A stretch of DNA of 64,000 bases, from the NCBI RefSeq assembly GCF_006345805.1, contig NC_043006.1, forward strand, positions 55,366,001 through 55,430,000, given 5' to 3'. Below are positions 50,170 through 64,000 of this stretch, piece by piece. The notes under the pieces are model-generated. The model had not been told where the DNA came from, made no database searches, and worked only from the letters and a program-made list of their open reading frames with translations. Made by a program: the position numbers and the translations under genes. The stretch's first letter is position 1; every line of letters starts with the position of its first letter. This DNA comes from Octopus sinensis. Lineage: Eukaryota.

Positions 50170-50525
50170 ATTCGGTGACTCAGAGAGCGCAAAACTCCGC
50201 CAAGGCAACACCAACGTCCTCTCAACGATTAGCCAGAAATGATCTTTAAAGTGAAAATATTTGAAATAAACCCGACAAGCGAGAATACTAAAAATGAACC
50301 CGACCACTCTCAAAAATTAAGAAAAAAAAAAAAACGGAAAAATAATATAGAATCCTTCACCGGTACCGGATCGATCCCCAAATCCAATCAGTTCATGCCA
50401 GTCACGAGGCTAAACATCCCTGAAAGTTTCATCCGAATCTATCCAGCGGTTCTTGAGATATCTTGTCCACGGACAAGCAAGCACGATTGAAAACAATAAC
50501 TCTGCCTTCGCTAAGGCGGAGGAAT
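50170..50525 (+). mobile_element. Non-autonomous Helentron-like element
   Basis: Subterminal inverted repeat ctccgcc (50195) / ggcggag (50515) and 3' hairpin gcctt-cgct-aaggc. Confidence 0.45.
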
Positions 50526-51034
50526 TACAGAAAACAAAGTCGAAAAGTCTATTTATTTCACATAATTTCGTAATTTTAAGTGCATTGCGGAGTATAAAGA
50601 TATAAATTGTACAGCTTGAGATTTTAACACTGTTGTTATTAAAACATGTCACAAAAGAAAATTAATTCGTAATAATCAATGTAAAAACTAAACTGAGGAA
50701 CGGCAAACGTGTTATAAATCGATTTTTCACTTTATTCAAAATTTCAAGTGAGCTGTGGAGCCTGAAGAGGTAAATTTAAGAACTTCAGATTTTAACACAG
50801 TTGTCTTCAAAGAATTCTGCAATAAAAAATATATTTCGAAAATCGGTGTAAAAAGTCTCACGCGGATAGGAAAGCCTTCTTTTTTCTGTCGGGGGTTTAT
50901 ATGCCCCTTTATTAGACTATTTTCCTTAGTCATTGCTCGGTGATCGCCTATGGCGAATACCATTATTATTACTTACAGGGTTGTAAAAAAATACGGTACC
51001 ATATAACAAAACCATTCGCACCGAAAGCATATAT

Positions 51035-51097
<63 letters not shown>

Positions 51098-51180
51098 GGA
51101 TAAGATCGTTATTTAAATACCGATCTTACCAGGTGGCCAGCATAGAAATAAAAACCTTCAAAGGTAATAATAATTATTAT

Positions 51181-51331
51181 AATTATAATTTAGGGTATCT
51201 AAGAGATACCACCACGCTGGAAATAGCAACCAAAACTTGACTCTAAAACCACATTAAATGTGGTTTTAGAGTAAAGTTTTGGCTGCTATTTCCAGCGTTG
51301 TGGTATCTCTTAGATACTCTAAATTATAATT
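51181..51331. repeat. Near-perfect palindrome (about 75-bp arms)
   Basis: Centre ccacatt-a-aatgtgg; about 4 mismatches. Confidence 0.93.
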
Positions 51332-51888
51332 TATATATACACACACACACATATATACACACACACATATATACACAATACACGCACACATACATACAAG
51401 CAGAAAAATGCAAGCGCAGGTGTACTAGCATACATAATCAAACTGGAAGAGAATCAGAGAAGTTATGGATATTGCAGCTAAGTTGAAATTTTAGTCGAAA
51501 TCCCATAACTTTTGTGTTAGTTTGGGTAGAATAAATATTAGGAAAAGACCAACGATTCTCTTTAAACTACGACCATTTTCTTTTCTCGCATACCAGCCTC
51601 TGGTGTGCATGTCTAAGTGCGATTATACTCAATGGTTTATGCTGAGTCTGAATAAGACAAATTTTGTGTACGGTAGAGAAGGAAAATTTGATCAAACTTT
51701 ATATATCAGTGTTGGGGTAGGATTTTCTGGGTATCAAGAGCCGAAGAGTATTGGATTTACAGATCTTCATGAGCGTAGGTTCTGAATACTTTGCATGCGG
51801 TAGGAATAAATTTTCATTTCTTACTAGTGAATGGCAGACCTCACTAAAACCACCATAACATTATTTCCTTTCATTATTTCTGAGCTGA

Positions 51889-52055
51889 GAGCGGCAAGCT
51901 GGCACAATCGATAGCATGCCGGGCGAAATGCTTTACATCTCGTCCGTCCATACGTTCTGAGTGCAAATTCCGCCGAGTTCGACTTTGCCTTTTACCCTTC
52001 GGAGTTGATAAACTAAATATCAGTTGAGCACCGGGGTTGATGTAATTGTCTTAAC
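51889..52055 (+). mobile_element. SINE S3, diverged
   Basis: gcggcaagctggcac..gagtgcaaattccgccgagttcgactttgcc. Confidence 0.8.
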
Positions 52056-52089
52056 TATTCCTGGGCAAGAGTACACACACACACGTAAA

Positions 52090-52240
52090 ATTAATCAAAG
52101 GACATACTAAGTATGTCTACCTGCTAAAAATAACAGTCAAAACTCTTATTTAAATCGCCATCATTTAAATGGCGATTTAAATAAGAGTTTTGACTGTTAT
52201 TTCCAGCAGGTACACATACTTAGTATGTCCTTTGATTAAT
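52090..52240. repeat. Near-perfect palindrome (72-bp arms, 7-nt spacer)
   Basis: 52090-52161 versus 52169-52240. Confidence 0.93.
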
Positions 52241-52399
52241 GTTACTCTTTCAGCTATTTAATGCTTTTTGGGGCCTGCAATCGCCTATATTATTGCTTCT
52301 ATTATTATCATTTTAAAATTATTACACTAGATAATAATAGAGTCAATGATATCTTCACAAATATTTTCTCGTGAATTATTTGCTCCGTATATACATATA

Positions 52400-52590
52400 A
52401 ACTGCATCCCTCTGCCAAGCCATGTCGAGCCAGTGTTGCAGAGTAGGCTCATCAAACTAGTATGATCTCAAGCACAAATTCATAGTATCTACATCTGACC
52501 GTGGCTGGTGGAGAGAACATGCTAAGGCCTTCGTCCTGTAGTGGACTGAATATAGGTAATCCAATCCAATCCAATCCAATCCATTCCAAT
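52400..52590 (+). mobile_element. Probable RTE-type LINE 3' tail with (ATCCA)n
   Basis: ggctggtggaga..ggccttcgtcctgtagtggactga followed by aatccaatccaatcc. Confidence 0.4.
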
Positions 52591-53018
52591 TTCTGAGATG
52601 ACAAGATAAATGTGTAACCAGTTAGCTTCTTTCTGCGAATACATAAGCTGATATTTATCCCATTTCAGCTATAATTAGAAAAAAATGATTTCCAAAGACA
52701 AGCTACTCTATCATATATGAAGGCTTCAAGTCTTCATATCATCCACTATATTATATTATATGGAAGGTAAATATAGGAAGTTCCATATAAAATCTAGATC
52801 GTAAGGGGACTCGGAATCTAAAAATGAGTATAATATTTGAATGAAGCTAAAACTGATGTATTTTTTTTTCAACTGTAATTCCAACGCCAGGTGTAATATT
52901 GTAAACCTTCCACTTCTGTATTTTTCCAAATTCATTTAAGTAAGAATATCATTCCTTCTGTGCCCGCATTTTTCTGCAAGACAACTTTTGTTACATACTA
53001 TTTACGCAAAATTTAATA

Positions 53019-53411
53019 CTCTTTTACTTGTTTCAGTCATTTGACTGTGGCCATGCTGGAGCACCACTTTAGTCGAGCAAATCGACCCCAGCACTTATTC
53101 TTTATAAGCCTAGTACTTATTCTATCGATCTCTTTTGCCGAACCGCTACGTTACGAGGACGTAAACCCACCAGCATCGGTTGTCAAGAGATGTTGAGGGG
53201 GGGGGGCACAGCCACAGCCACAGACACACACACATATATACATATATACGACGGTCTTCTTTCAGTTTCCGTCTACCAAATCCATTCACAAGGCTTTGGT
53301 CGGCCCGCGGCTATAGTAGAAGACACTTTTTCAAGGTGCCACGCAGTGGGACTGAACATGGAACCATGTGGTTGGTAAGCAAGCTACTTACCACGCAGCC
53401 ACTCCTACGCC
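53019..53411 (-). mobile_element. Full-length SINE S1
   Basis: Complete reverse match to the S1 family. Confidence 0.92.
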
Positions 53412-55656
53412 TATATAATATTTACATACCAGCTTCCAGGAATGTGTTTAATATGTAAAATTGATATATCCCATAACGTCACACCGCTGTATTTAGTGGC
53501 TATTTAAGCAATATGTTCGTGAATAATTAAGGGTTAGATGGACGCTAATGAAGGAGCAAAAACCTCCGAAATATGGCACATACACCCATTACCCTGTTTT
53601 CATCTTCGATCTCTGACGTCTGACGTCTTGGATACGAAACGTCGTAACGAAAATCGGTGCTGGCTATAATTTCTACAGAATATCTGTAGAGATAACCTTA
53701 ACTTTTATATACAGGCAATACATTTTACAGCCAATAAATGATTGTTCATAATTAGCACATTCAACTTAAACTGGTTGTGTTACTTACATCGCCTTAAACT
53801 GTTATTAATTCCCGAAATATCATCTCGTGTTGACGACACGTACTCATTCAGCATTGACTATATCGGCTGACAGATGATCGTCTGCAACGGTGGATGGCAC
53901 TACCGTATCACGTGATATCTCCGTTTCTGCAGCTCATCCGCGGCGGCCATCCTTGCACCAAATACAAGAACGAAAATCAATCGAACTAATATAGTGTAAT
54001 AATGGTCAAATAGCCAGTGAAGTTGCGAAAAGCCGGCGGGCTTTTGAGACAAAATTTAAAAAAGATATAAATGGTAAAAAAAAAATGTTTTCGAAATGTT
54101 ATGAGTAAAAGCGGGAATTCATAAACTGAGAAAAAGTACATTATTTAAAAATCTTAACGAGGAATCCGAGACAAAAAGAAAACTGCCAATAAAGCAGTAG
54201 TTGAAGGATTAAATGATGCTGGTCTGAAAGTATTACATCAAACATGAATCAGTCTGTCTGAGGCAAAAGCGGTCTGATCACGCTCATATGTGTTTAGAAG
54301 CAACACCAGCTCACCGTAAGTCGCCTCATCCATTAGACCCGAGATGCGTTTGACGCAGCCATGCCAAACTAAACATCAGATGGCCAACTTGGTGGCGCTT
54401 TTACGTCGTCATGTAGAGTCTTGTGATGAGGCTTGGAATTTTCCTGGCCTAGTACTTTGCTGCCCTTGACTGACACATCCAGGCATGATGATCAGGAGCA
54501 GAGTGATAGAATAACGAGTAGAAGAATCTTTAATATATACATTTAACTCGAGCCTCTGAATGACGTTTTTGTATAATTTATCTTTACTTGTTTGAATAGT
54601 TTCGTCATGTCCATTTAGCTTTATATGTTCCATATCTCCAGGTGCAGTATTTAATTCCACACCGTCTGTAATAAGAAACATCAAAATTAAATTATAGCAA
54701 ACGTTATTCGTTATTAAAACTTGGTGCCTATTTTTTTGTGAAATTAAGAACCCAGTTTAAACATGTAGTTCATTTAATACGATATTTTAAAATATTATCT
54801 TGCAAAATATAATCATAAATAATGTGTCTATCTGATGTCTATCTCCATGAATATTTTATATTTATCTGAAGTGCATCCCCCACAACAAGAAGAGAACTAT
54901 ATCCAAAAGATAAAAACACTGAAAGATAGTTAAAAATAATACGTAAACACATAAAAGAACGAAAATAATTTGTAAACTTTAGATTATCTAATCAAAACTA
55001 TGAGTAAAATTTTAAATCAAGAACGTTTTTTATAGAAAAATATGGATTAAAAAGGAATTTTGTTAAGAGAATATGACAAATGAAATGAAATGAGCAACAA
55101 ATTAAATGAAAACCACTGAGATGTTGAAACGTTCTTTTTGTTTCTTTTTATCATCACAGGCAAAAGTGAAATAGTGTTTGATACTGGTTAGAAATATTTG
55201 GGAATTGTGGATATTTAAAGAAAAATAGGGGTCCAGAAAGAACAGATTCTATTGCTTTTAGAATCAGTTCACAGTCACACGATGCGGCGACCTGAATCGA
55301 GCAATACCTTGTGAGGAAATTTGGTAGATAGAGTTTGTTCATGTGGTAATCCCAAAATATTTTCGAAAAATAAGTGTCGAAAATATTGGGATGGGGAGGG
55401 CGTATGTGAAAATTTGAAAAGCTATTTTTTTGAGCAAAATCATAATCTCCCTTGTAGAAAACAGAATTCCAAAGAAATGTTTGAAAAGAAAAAAATAAAT
55501 AAAGAGAGACAGGATGCGTATTTGGAATCTACTCCAAATTATTCTGCTTTTGAATTGTATATACTAATTGCCGATAGAGATCATCACTACTTTGTTCTGA
55601 TACTACTGTTTACTTACTGTATATATATATACATATATATATATATACATATATAC

Positions 55657-55764
<108 letters not shown>

Positions 55765-56340
55765 TAATATATATATATATATTCTTGTGTTTGTATGGTT
55801 GTGTTAGAAGAGTGTTCTTCCGCCTACATACTTATACGCTTATCTACTCTTTGGTCTCCTGTTGTTCACGTTCAAAGTTGGCCTCTTAACTTTTTATGCC
55901 TCACTAATTTCGACATACTTTTCAGAATTAGATTTCTCTCATTAAGCACATTCTTTAGTGCTTATCTTTTTTTTTTTTAATCAAACGATATCAATGCTTA
56001 AAGCGTTACATTTATTTCAGTTTAGCCACTTTTTGCTTCACGAGTGTTTTTCTTTCTTTTTATATTGTATCAAATTTTTAGAATTGGACTCCACTCAGCA
56101 AAGTATCTTGTACCTCAGAGTACATACAAAATTTCCTTAAAAAACACTGATGTTTGGTAGTTCTAATACAACACCAGATATTTCTTTCCTTCCAGGATGA
56201 CCACTTAAAATTAAATTACTTATTCAACCACGTTTAAGCGCCCATATATCATTGTAACTTTCTTCTATTGATACGATATCATTATCGTTCAAAATGTAAC
56301 ACAGCACCGGTCCGTTTCAACAAGCTTAACTGCAGTTGAA

Positions 56341-56491
56341 ATTTTTAATGAAGTCGTGCGGGAGGTTAGTAGTCGCGAATGAGTAAATATGATCTTAAGA
56401 ATATTATTCTCCTGACGCGGAGCTGAATGTATATTTGTGCTTGTGGTTGCATGTGTAAGCCTCCCTCTCTCTTTTTCTCTCACTAACTGCC

Positions 56492-56524
<33 letters not shown>

Positions 56525-56536
56525 CACACACACACA

Positions 56537-56574
<38 letters not shown>

Positions 56575-56724
56575 GATATATACAAACAAGCATATACAGA
56601 TATATACATACATTCATATATACATACATATGGGCGCGGATGTGGCTGTGTGGTAAGTAGCTTGCTTCCCAACCACATAGTTCCGAGTTCAGTCCTACTA
56701 CGTGGCACCTTGGGCAAGTATCTT
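56341..56724 (+). repeat. Composite unit (unique sequence + microsatellites + S1 head), copy 1
   Basis: Near-identical to 58735-59081. Confidence 0.9.
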
Positions 56725-56910
56725 AACCATAAAACAAATCTCTTTCCGAAACCTCTGTATTGTCCTCAGATTGAAAACCATACACTCTGAAATGTTCGTA
56801 TTGAAGCTTCCGGCGCGAATGCCAAGCAGTACATGTTGTTTCCGAATTTCGGGCAGAGTGAATTGCACCATGGTGCTGTTTTTGTCACAGACTGTGCCTA
56901 ACTGATTCTA

Positions 56911-56976
<66 letters not shown>

Positions 56977-57370
56977 AAGAAGAATACAGTGTACATTCAA
57001 ACACAAAAGAGATACCCGAAGAATAGGATATCTGACTCGCTAGAAAGAGCAGTTAAAACTCCAAGCCACCAATTGCTGTAATTCCGAAAATGATTAGAAA
57101 ATAAAACTTTTACCTTAATCCTAGATCCTGCAAGGTTTCTGCAGACTTAAATACAGACTGAAATGAAATAATTTCAGTCTATATCTGGCGCTGCTTCTTC
57201 AGTACGTTGCCAGAACTGAACACATAGGCATGGAGCGATAAATAACCCACCACGTGACTATAGGTTCTAATTTTTCGAATCTACCGCGCAGAAGCGGAAC
57301 TCAACCCGCACTAAAAAATAAATTGCCGATTTTCTTCCAGAATTAGCCAAAAAATATTTTATCATTATAA

Positions 57371-57426
<56 letters not shown>

Positions 57427-57766
57427 TGGATTTGTATGTATTATATTTGGTCTGGTGTGTGCGTGTGTGTGTGAATGTGTGTTTGTGTCAGTGTGTGCGC
57501 GCGCGTATGTGTGTGTGGGCACAGTCGAGCGGATAAGAGGTTTGCTTCGTAACTACGAGCACACCTGATTCAATTACATTGCGTCATAACTTGTCTTTTC
57601 TCATTGTCTAAAGTTGACCGATTTTCTGTGAGTAAAATTACCTCGGCGAACAGTATTTATATGAATTGTCACGCTTCTTCCAATTCGATAGTTATTCCTA
57701 GTTTCACTTTACGGACCTTCAAACTACAGTCAACTTGAGAAACAGTTGTAAATACATCATATATAT

Positions 57767-57832
<66 letters not shown>

Positions 57833-57848
57833 ATATATATGATATATT

Positions 57849-57978
<130 letters not shown>

Positions 57979-58012
57979 GTATGTATTAGAAACAGTACGA
58001 GTAGGAAGTTGA

Positions 58013-58066
58013 AAGAAGAAGAAGAAGAAGAAGAAGAAGAAGAAGAAGAAGAAGAAGAAGAAGAAG
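58013..58066. repeat. (GAA)n microsatellite
   Basis: Direct reading. Confidence 0.97.
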
Positions 58067-58734
58067 ACAAATTGAGGACTAAAGTTGGATGTAGTATGTG
58101 AGAATGAATGTAATAATAGCTGGTGAAGGGTGTGAAAAACATTTATCAAAGGATATTAAGTCGAACTAAACTTCACTGGAAATCATAAATTGAACGAAAG
58201 CCACGCGATTGGTTACGCTATATAACAACTCTGCAAATCAATATATGTGTCTTTTCAGCAAGGAGACATAACTCACATAGTCTAAGTGATAATATATTTT
58301 AACATAATATAGTGAATTGGCAAAATCCTTAGCACTGGTCCTTCAATTTGCCGCCTCAGAGCCCTCACAAAAATGCTTATTGCCGACGGCAGACCGCAAA
58401 GTCATCGTTAGAAAGCCGGACAAAAATGCTTGGCGACACTTATTCCAGTTTTACGTTATGGGTTCAAATGCTGCTGAGGTCAACATTGACTTTCTTCCTT
58501 TCAACGTTGATAAAATAAGAAGCAGTTGAGCACGGGCTCGATGTTGCCGACTAGCTCCGCCTTCCAAGACTTCTCGACTTGCATCTATAGGAGAAAGGTT
58601 TATAACATTCATATTCCGGCATGAGAATTTACTTGTAAGGAAATTTATACTTTGACTGGTAGGGAATAAAAAAAAAACCCAAAAGACAACTCTCCATCTC
58701 AGAAAATAGAACAAAACAAATAAGCTAAGAGCTT

Positions 58735-58957
58735 ATTTTTAATGAAGTCGTGCGGGAGGTTAGTAGTCGCGAATGAGTAAATATGATCTTAAGAATATAA
58801 TTCTCCTGACGCGGAGCTGAATGTATATTTGTGCTTGTGGTTGCATGTGTAAGCTTCCCTCTCTCTTTTTCTCTCACTAGATATATACAAACAAGCATAT
58901 ACAGATATATACATACATTCATATATACATACATACATACATACATACATACATACA

Positions 58958-58988
<31 letters not shown>

Positions 58989-59312
58989 GGGCGCGGATGT
59001 GGCTGTGTGGTAAGTAGCTTGCTTCCCAACCACATAGTTCCGAGTTCAGTCCTGCTACGTGGCACCTTGGGCAAGTATCTTCTACTATAGCCTCAGGCCG
59101 ACCAAAGCCTTGTGAGTGGATTTGGATGACGGAAACTGAAAGAAGTCCATCGTATATGTATATATATATGTACATATTTATGTGTGTGTTTTTGTGTCTG
59201 TGTTTGTCCCCCACCGTTACTTAACCGATGTTGGTGTGTTTACGTCCCCGTAACATAGCAGTTCAGTGTAAATGACCGAAAGAATAAGTACTAAGCTTAC
59301 AAAGAATAAGTA
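58735..59312 (+). repeat. Composite unit copy 2, continuing into a longer SINE S1 (58989-59312)
   Basis: aatgaagtcgtgcgggagg..gggcgcggatgtggctgtgtgg shared with copy 1. Confidence 0.9.
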
Positions 59313-59382
59313 TGTATGTATGTATGCATGTATGCATATATGAATGTATGTATATATCTGTATATGCTTGTTTGTATATATC

Positions 59383-59474
<92 letters not shown>

Positions 59475-59547
59475 GAGAGAGAGAGAGAGAGAGTGAGGGC
59501 AGTTAGTGACAGAAAAAGAGAGAGGGAGGCTTACACACGCAACCACA
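59311..59547 (-). repeat. Inverted partial copy 3 of the composite unit
   Basis: Reverse complement of about 56443-56630. Confidence 0.88.
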
Positions 59548-59824
59548 GAAATTCGTCTTGTAAACTAGAGAATATATAGGTGAATGGATGTAAGTTAAAG
59601 TAATCTATTTACGGCTCTTGAGACTTGAGACTAGCATTAAATATGGTTTTGATTTTTAAAATGTTTCCTTTTAAATAAGGTAATTTTCTCTCAAATGAAA
59701 TTATTTTAATGCTGGTTGTAACCTAAATAATTCTACTGGGATATTGTGAGGGGCAGCTTAGACTTCAAGAAATCGGTAAAGTCTAAGCGATAAGTTTCGA
59801 AATGAACTTACTTAATAATTCTTT

Positions 59825-60030
59825 CTACCATAGGCACAAGACGTGAAATTTTCAGGGAGGGATTAAGTCAGTTATATCGACCTTGGTGCTAGAGAAATAC
59901 TTATTTTATTGATTCCGAAAGCAATGAAACGTAAAGTCAACTTTGGTGTAATTTGAACTCAGAACTTAAAGCCAGAAATGCAGCCAAGCTTTTTGTCCGG
60001 TGTATTATAGTCTACCAGCTCGCCGACTAA
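59825..60030 (-). mobile_element. SINE S3, diverged
   Basis: aggcacaagac..aaagtcaactttggtgtaatttgaactcagaac. Confidence 0.75.
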
Positions 60031-60949
60031 TGAACTTGCGTCATAATAAAATTGAACATTATTAATTCAAGGAATAGGGGGAAAAGATTAAGAGGCTGAA
60101 AGGAAAACAAATTCCTTCTGTATACACTGAAAATATTACAAAAAAGCCAAGCGTTTAATTTTGTAATATTGTTGCATGCCTAAAATAGTTTAAAATGGCG
60201 AGTTGCAGTCTGATCTTAAAGGCCATGTGATAAATAAGTGAATATATCGTTACTGAATATGATCAGGGTGATATTGAACAACTTTAGACAAATGCAAGAG
60301 TAGAAAATATAAGTATACAAACTGTTTTCTTTTAAAAGTCCTTTGTTATAGGATTAAGTCAATGTAGTGCTCATTGGTAAAGATATGTAGCGAAAAGATT
60401 TTGAGGTTAAATTTAAAAGATTTTTTATAGTCAGGTTAGGATGTCGGAGATTGGTAATAAAAGCACGCAGTGATTCTTAGAAGCTGTAATGCAGATCCAC
60501 ATAATTTTTTATTGTAAATCGCAAACGTATTAACATTGATTGTGGTAAAATAAAAATTGCTATGTAAAAGACAAAATACGTCAATGGTATAAGTATCAGA
60601 GAAATAATCATAAATAACAACAATATCAACAATAAGAGTTGATAACGGATAAAATGCTTACAGAAACTTAATATGTTTTCAAGACTGTTCACACTCACTA
60701 GTCCGATATAAAAAGCAAAGTAATAAGTGACGATGGGTTTGAATAGTAAAAAAGCTTTTAGTAAGAGAGAAGAATTGATTGCCATAAAACAAATGTTACA
60801 AGAAAATAGAATAATATTAAATTATTATGCTAATAAGGGTAAGAGATAAAAGTCTGTGGGAGGAAACAATGTATTATGCATCTGTAAGTAATCTTGGTCT
60901 GTAGCAATAATTGATTCAGTCTAGTGGAAGAAGCCGAGCTTATCACATT

Positions 60950-62230
60950 TGCAGGCCTTCCGTAACTACTGAGATGCAATTAATGTTAATTTTGAATAGC
61001 TGCAAGTCGACAGGTGAAGCAAAAGCACGTGCAGAGAAGGTATTCTAGGAGACCGACTTCCGGAAAAGAAGGACAGGAAGGTAGGACAAGAAGGAAGGAA
61101 AGAAAATAGTAGCTAATGTGAAGCCTATGGTGGTGGGTACAATATGGGGTGATAAGAAAAAAAGTGAGTGAGCCAGGATCGCCTTTGTGAATGTAGCTGG
61201 CACTCAATTAGCATTGAGCTGAAGAAGCCACTGTAACTGATATAAAACGCAGCGAGATGCTGAGAGAGATGATGGGTGAGAAGTTGAAATATGATGGTGA
61301 ATGCCATCATACCTGTCGCTTGAATATTTTTATTTGGATTCTGTCTTCGATGCCACTCTTCGATGCGACGTTGGGAGAGCCTACTTGTTAAGAGAGACCA
61401 TTAGTGATGGTAAGATCAGGCATTTATAGCGACCGTGATATTCTAGTCGTGTGCCGTTTAGGTTAAGGGTGGAGTAGGTGCCATAATGTTTTCTTGATAT
61501 ATTTTCTTGTTTCAATTTGCCTTTGAAGGAAGCAAAATTGAAATAATCTCATTGGATGAAGTTTTTAAAACCTCTGTTTACGCTGTCGGTGTAGATTTAG
61601 TGAGAGATGGCTATGTTGCATGTGGATGATGCTTGTGTTCGGAAGGTAAATAAGAATGGCGATATCACTCTTGTCAATGTTAATGAAGATGGCGACAAGT
61701 AGGCTTTTGAAGCATAGGAAGACGAGTGTAGTGAACAAAACCGATCCATGTTGAACACTAGTGAAGATAAAGTGTAAGCCAGAGATAGCAATCAGCACGC
61801 ACTACTGTGTCTTACTCTGACTGGAAGTCACCGCACCAAAGTATGAGAGACGAGGGGAATCCATAGGCGATTGGTTTTGTCAAGTGATTTGGGTACCAGA
61901 TGCGTTCAAAAATTTGACTGATGTTGCGGGAAATAATGTTTTCATCGAATTTCTTGAAGGTGAGAGGCCACTGGGGAGAGGCGCAGGAGAACAGTTCTCC
62001 AGTTGATCTTGATTTATGAAAACTGGTGACTTATGAGTGGGGAAGAGAGAAAGATAAATGTTTAATGAGTTGGAAAAAGTTGTTAATGGTTGTTTTCATT
62101 AGCTATGAAATATTGGAAGCCAGTGCAAATAGAATGATAGTCGGCAAGATCGGAAGGGCAATAGACAGGCTTAAGATGTATGAAGGAATGAGAGTTCTTT
62201 GTTGGAAGTAGTAATGAGTGGTAGTATAGA
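60950..62230 (-). pseudogene. Heavily decayed LINE fragment, possibly APE endonuclease region
   Basis: Minus-strand SLILWCGDFQ (GDFN-like) and weak downstream similarity; many stops. Confidence 0.35.
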
Positions 62231-62699
62231 AGAGAAAGGTTAGAGAAATAAATTTATAAAACTCTTAATTGTATTGCTGATAAACGTTTATATTGCTGGT
62301 GTATAATTAAGTGAAACAGTATAGTTCATGTAATCTCTTTGTGTTCTTTCGACTTCAATTTCCATATATTATCAAAGGAAATATAGAGATATTAATTCCC
62401 CTGATATTGTGGCGAAGGTTATAGGCCTCTACTTGTAAGCTAAGTGATTAAACCTTAAATTAAATGGATTAGTTATTAGAACAATACATGATTTAGAGGT
62501 GGTATTACTTTGTTTTTTTTTTTACAGTAGTATAATAAACCATTAAAAAAATTGAATTGCGGTCCTAAGGACAATTATCAGGGGTAGAATACAATTTAAA
62601 GTTAGAATTTCGTGTTAAATTTAGATTGATTAACGTAGGTTAAGCTGTGCTATGTAGCGTGTTGTGTTGTATGAAATTATACGGTAAATTTCTTTAAAA

Positions 62700-62850
62700 G
62701 TCAATCAGATCCATCGCCAGGGAAATGGGAGTGTCTGAGTTTCTCATCAGGCAGTTAGAGCATAAAGACATTTTGTATTTCTCATACAAGATGAGAAAAA
62801 GGGCTAATTTTAATCCCAAGCCACCAAGGACAAGAGGAAACACCACACTA
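62700..62850 (+). pseudogene. Tc1/mariner-superfamily (maT/DD37D-like) transposase HTH fragment
   Basis: RSIAREMGVSEFLIRQLEHKDILYFSYKMRK. Confidence 0.6.
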
Positions 62851-62929
62851 CGAAGCTTTTTTGGAGGGAAATGTTTCAGTGATGGTTCAAAAACGACGTG
62901 CTTCTAAATCACTTAAATCGATCTCAATA

Positions 62930-63065
62930 TTTCCTTTATTTTATCTACCCAGCAAGGAATAAAGACAAAATTGGCCTTGGGGTGATTTGAACTCGGATTG
63001 TAAAGGTTCAGAATTGAATCTTACAAAGCATTTTTCTCGACGCTCTAACGATTCTGTCAAACCAC
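62930..63065 (-). mobile_element. SINE S3 fragment
   Basis: ttttatctacccagcaaggaataaag..atttgaactc. Confidence 0.6.
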
Positions 63066-64000
63066 TGCTCTTGCCAAACGTCAATATTGCTTCAAATATA
63101 ACTTTCAGTCAAGTAAAAAAACTGTTGACATCAAGTGTTTGCTTCCAACGTCTGATGTCAATAACATTTTCATTTCAAAAGTATTTTCCGATAACAATAT
63201 TCTACTTTGGAATCAACAGATTTGTAGCTTATTGTAGTAACAACCAATCGGTGTACTGAGCATCAAAGTTTGACGTCAAATGAAGAGTGCCAGATAACTA
63301 CTCAGAATTTTTTGTTTGGCGGTAAAATTTATTTATTTATGATTTTATATCAGAAAGGAACATGCCTATAGTTAACTTCAAAGTAAATCGTGAAATTCTT
63401 CGAAGTGGTTTATTAACATTTCATTTTTATATTTTCGTGCTTCCCCGAAATATTATTCTGTAATATTCAGCCTACATAGCAATGACATTAGTTATAGTAA
63501 TTCATGAAAGAAACAACAAAAAACTGCTTTGATAAGGATTCTATTTACCAAAATATGTTGTATCTTTTATATAATGATGTCTTGTATATATCTTGTATAC
63601 ATTAATGGTTGATAGGATATGGACCACTAACACCTCCAGCTGGTTGCTTGACGCCTTACCGATGTGGTCATAAGTGGTTCTACTCATATGGAAAAGAGGA
63701 AATGGAATTTCGGAATTTCTTGAAATTTAAAAAGTCTATTAAAGTACTGTTATAGTTGGGGACGGTCATATTTTTTGCCAAATAAATACACGCACTGTGT
63801 ATTCGTTCTTCACTTGTTTACTGTTGTTATTATTTTAACTCCATTACCTGGAAATCTTTCGTCACACATCTGTGACCTCTTCAGTGACTCTCTGAAAAGG
63901 TCTCTGATATGTGAAAAAAGATTTCCAGACAAGGGACATAAGACAAAATATGAACAACAATAAACAAGTGAAGAACGAATATATAGTGCGTGTGTTTATT

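Noticed and set aside
53612-53650. CTGACG..GAAACGTC
   Set aside because: A9 is absent and there is no helix I or II pairing
54409-54684. FLITDG resembling a VWA-domain motif
   Set aside because: The motif overlaps a polypyrimidine/acceptor tract and the rest of the ORF lacks VWA features

Overview
AT-rich, repeat-saturated eukaryotic DNA with no recognisable intact host gene. The SINE families and microsatellite load resemble an octopus (coleoid cephalopod) genome; this is recollection, not a database result. Content: many copies of three tRNA-derived SINE families (S1, S2, S3 here); a (TAA)n-associated non-coding element (element A); two R4/Dong-like RLE non-LTR retrotransposon remnants; Penelope-like element (PLE) remnants; and decayed mariner, Tigger, hAT and Helitron-type DNA transposons and MITEs. 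The most notable signal is a set of minimal type I hammerhead ribozyme (HHR) motifs from several unrelated sequence families, most with palindromic helix III. Two sit in head-to-head fold-back cassettes that encode an HHR on both strands (25960-26178 and 46365-46767), and a dense cluster lies at 42.2-46.8 kb. All folds and alignments were done by eye; boundaries given without TSD or TIR support are approximate.
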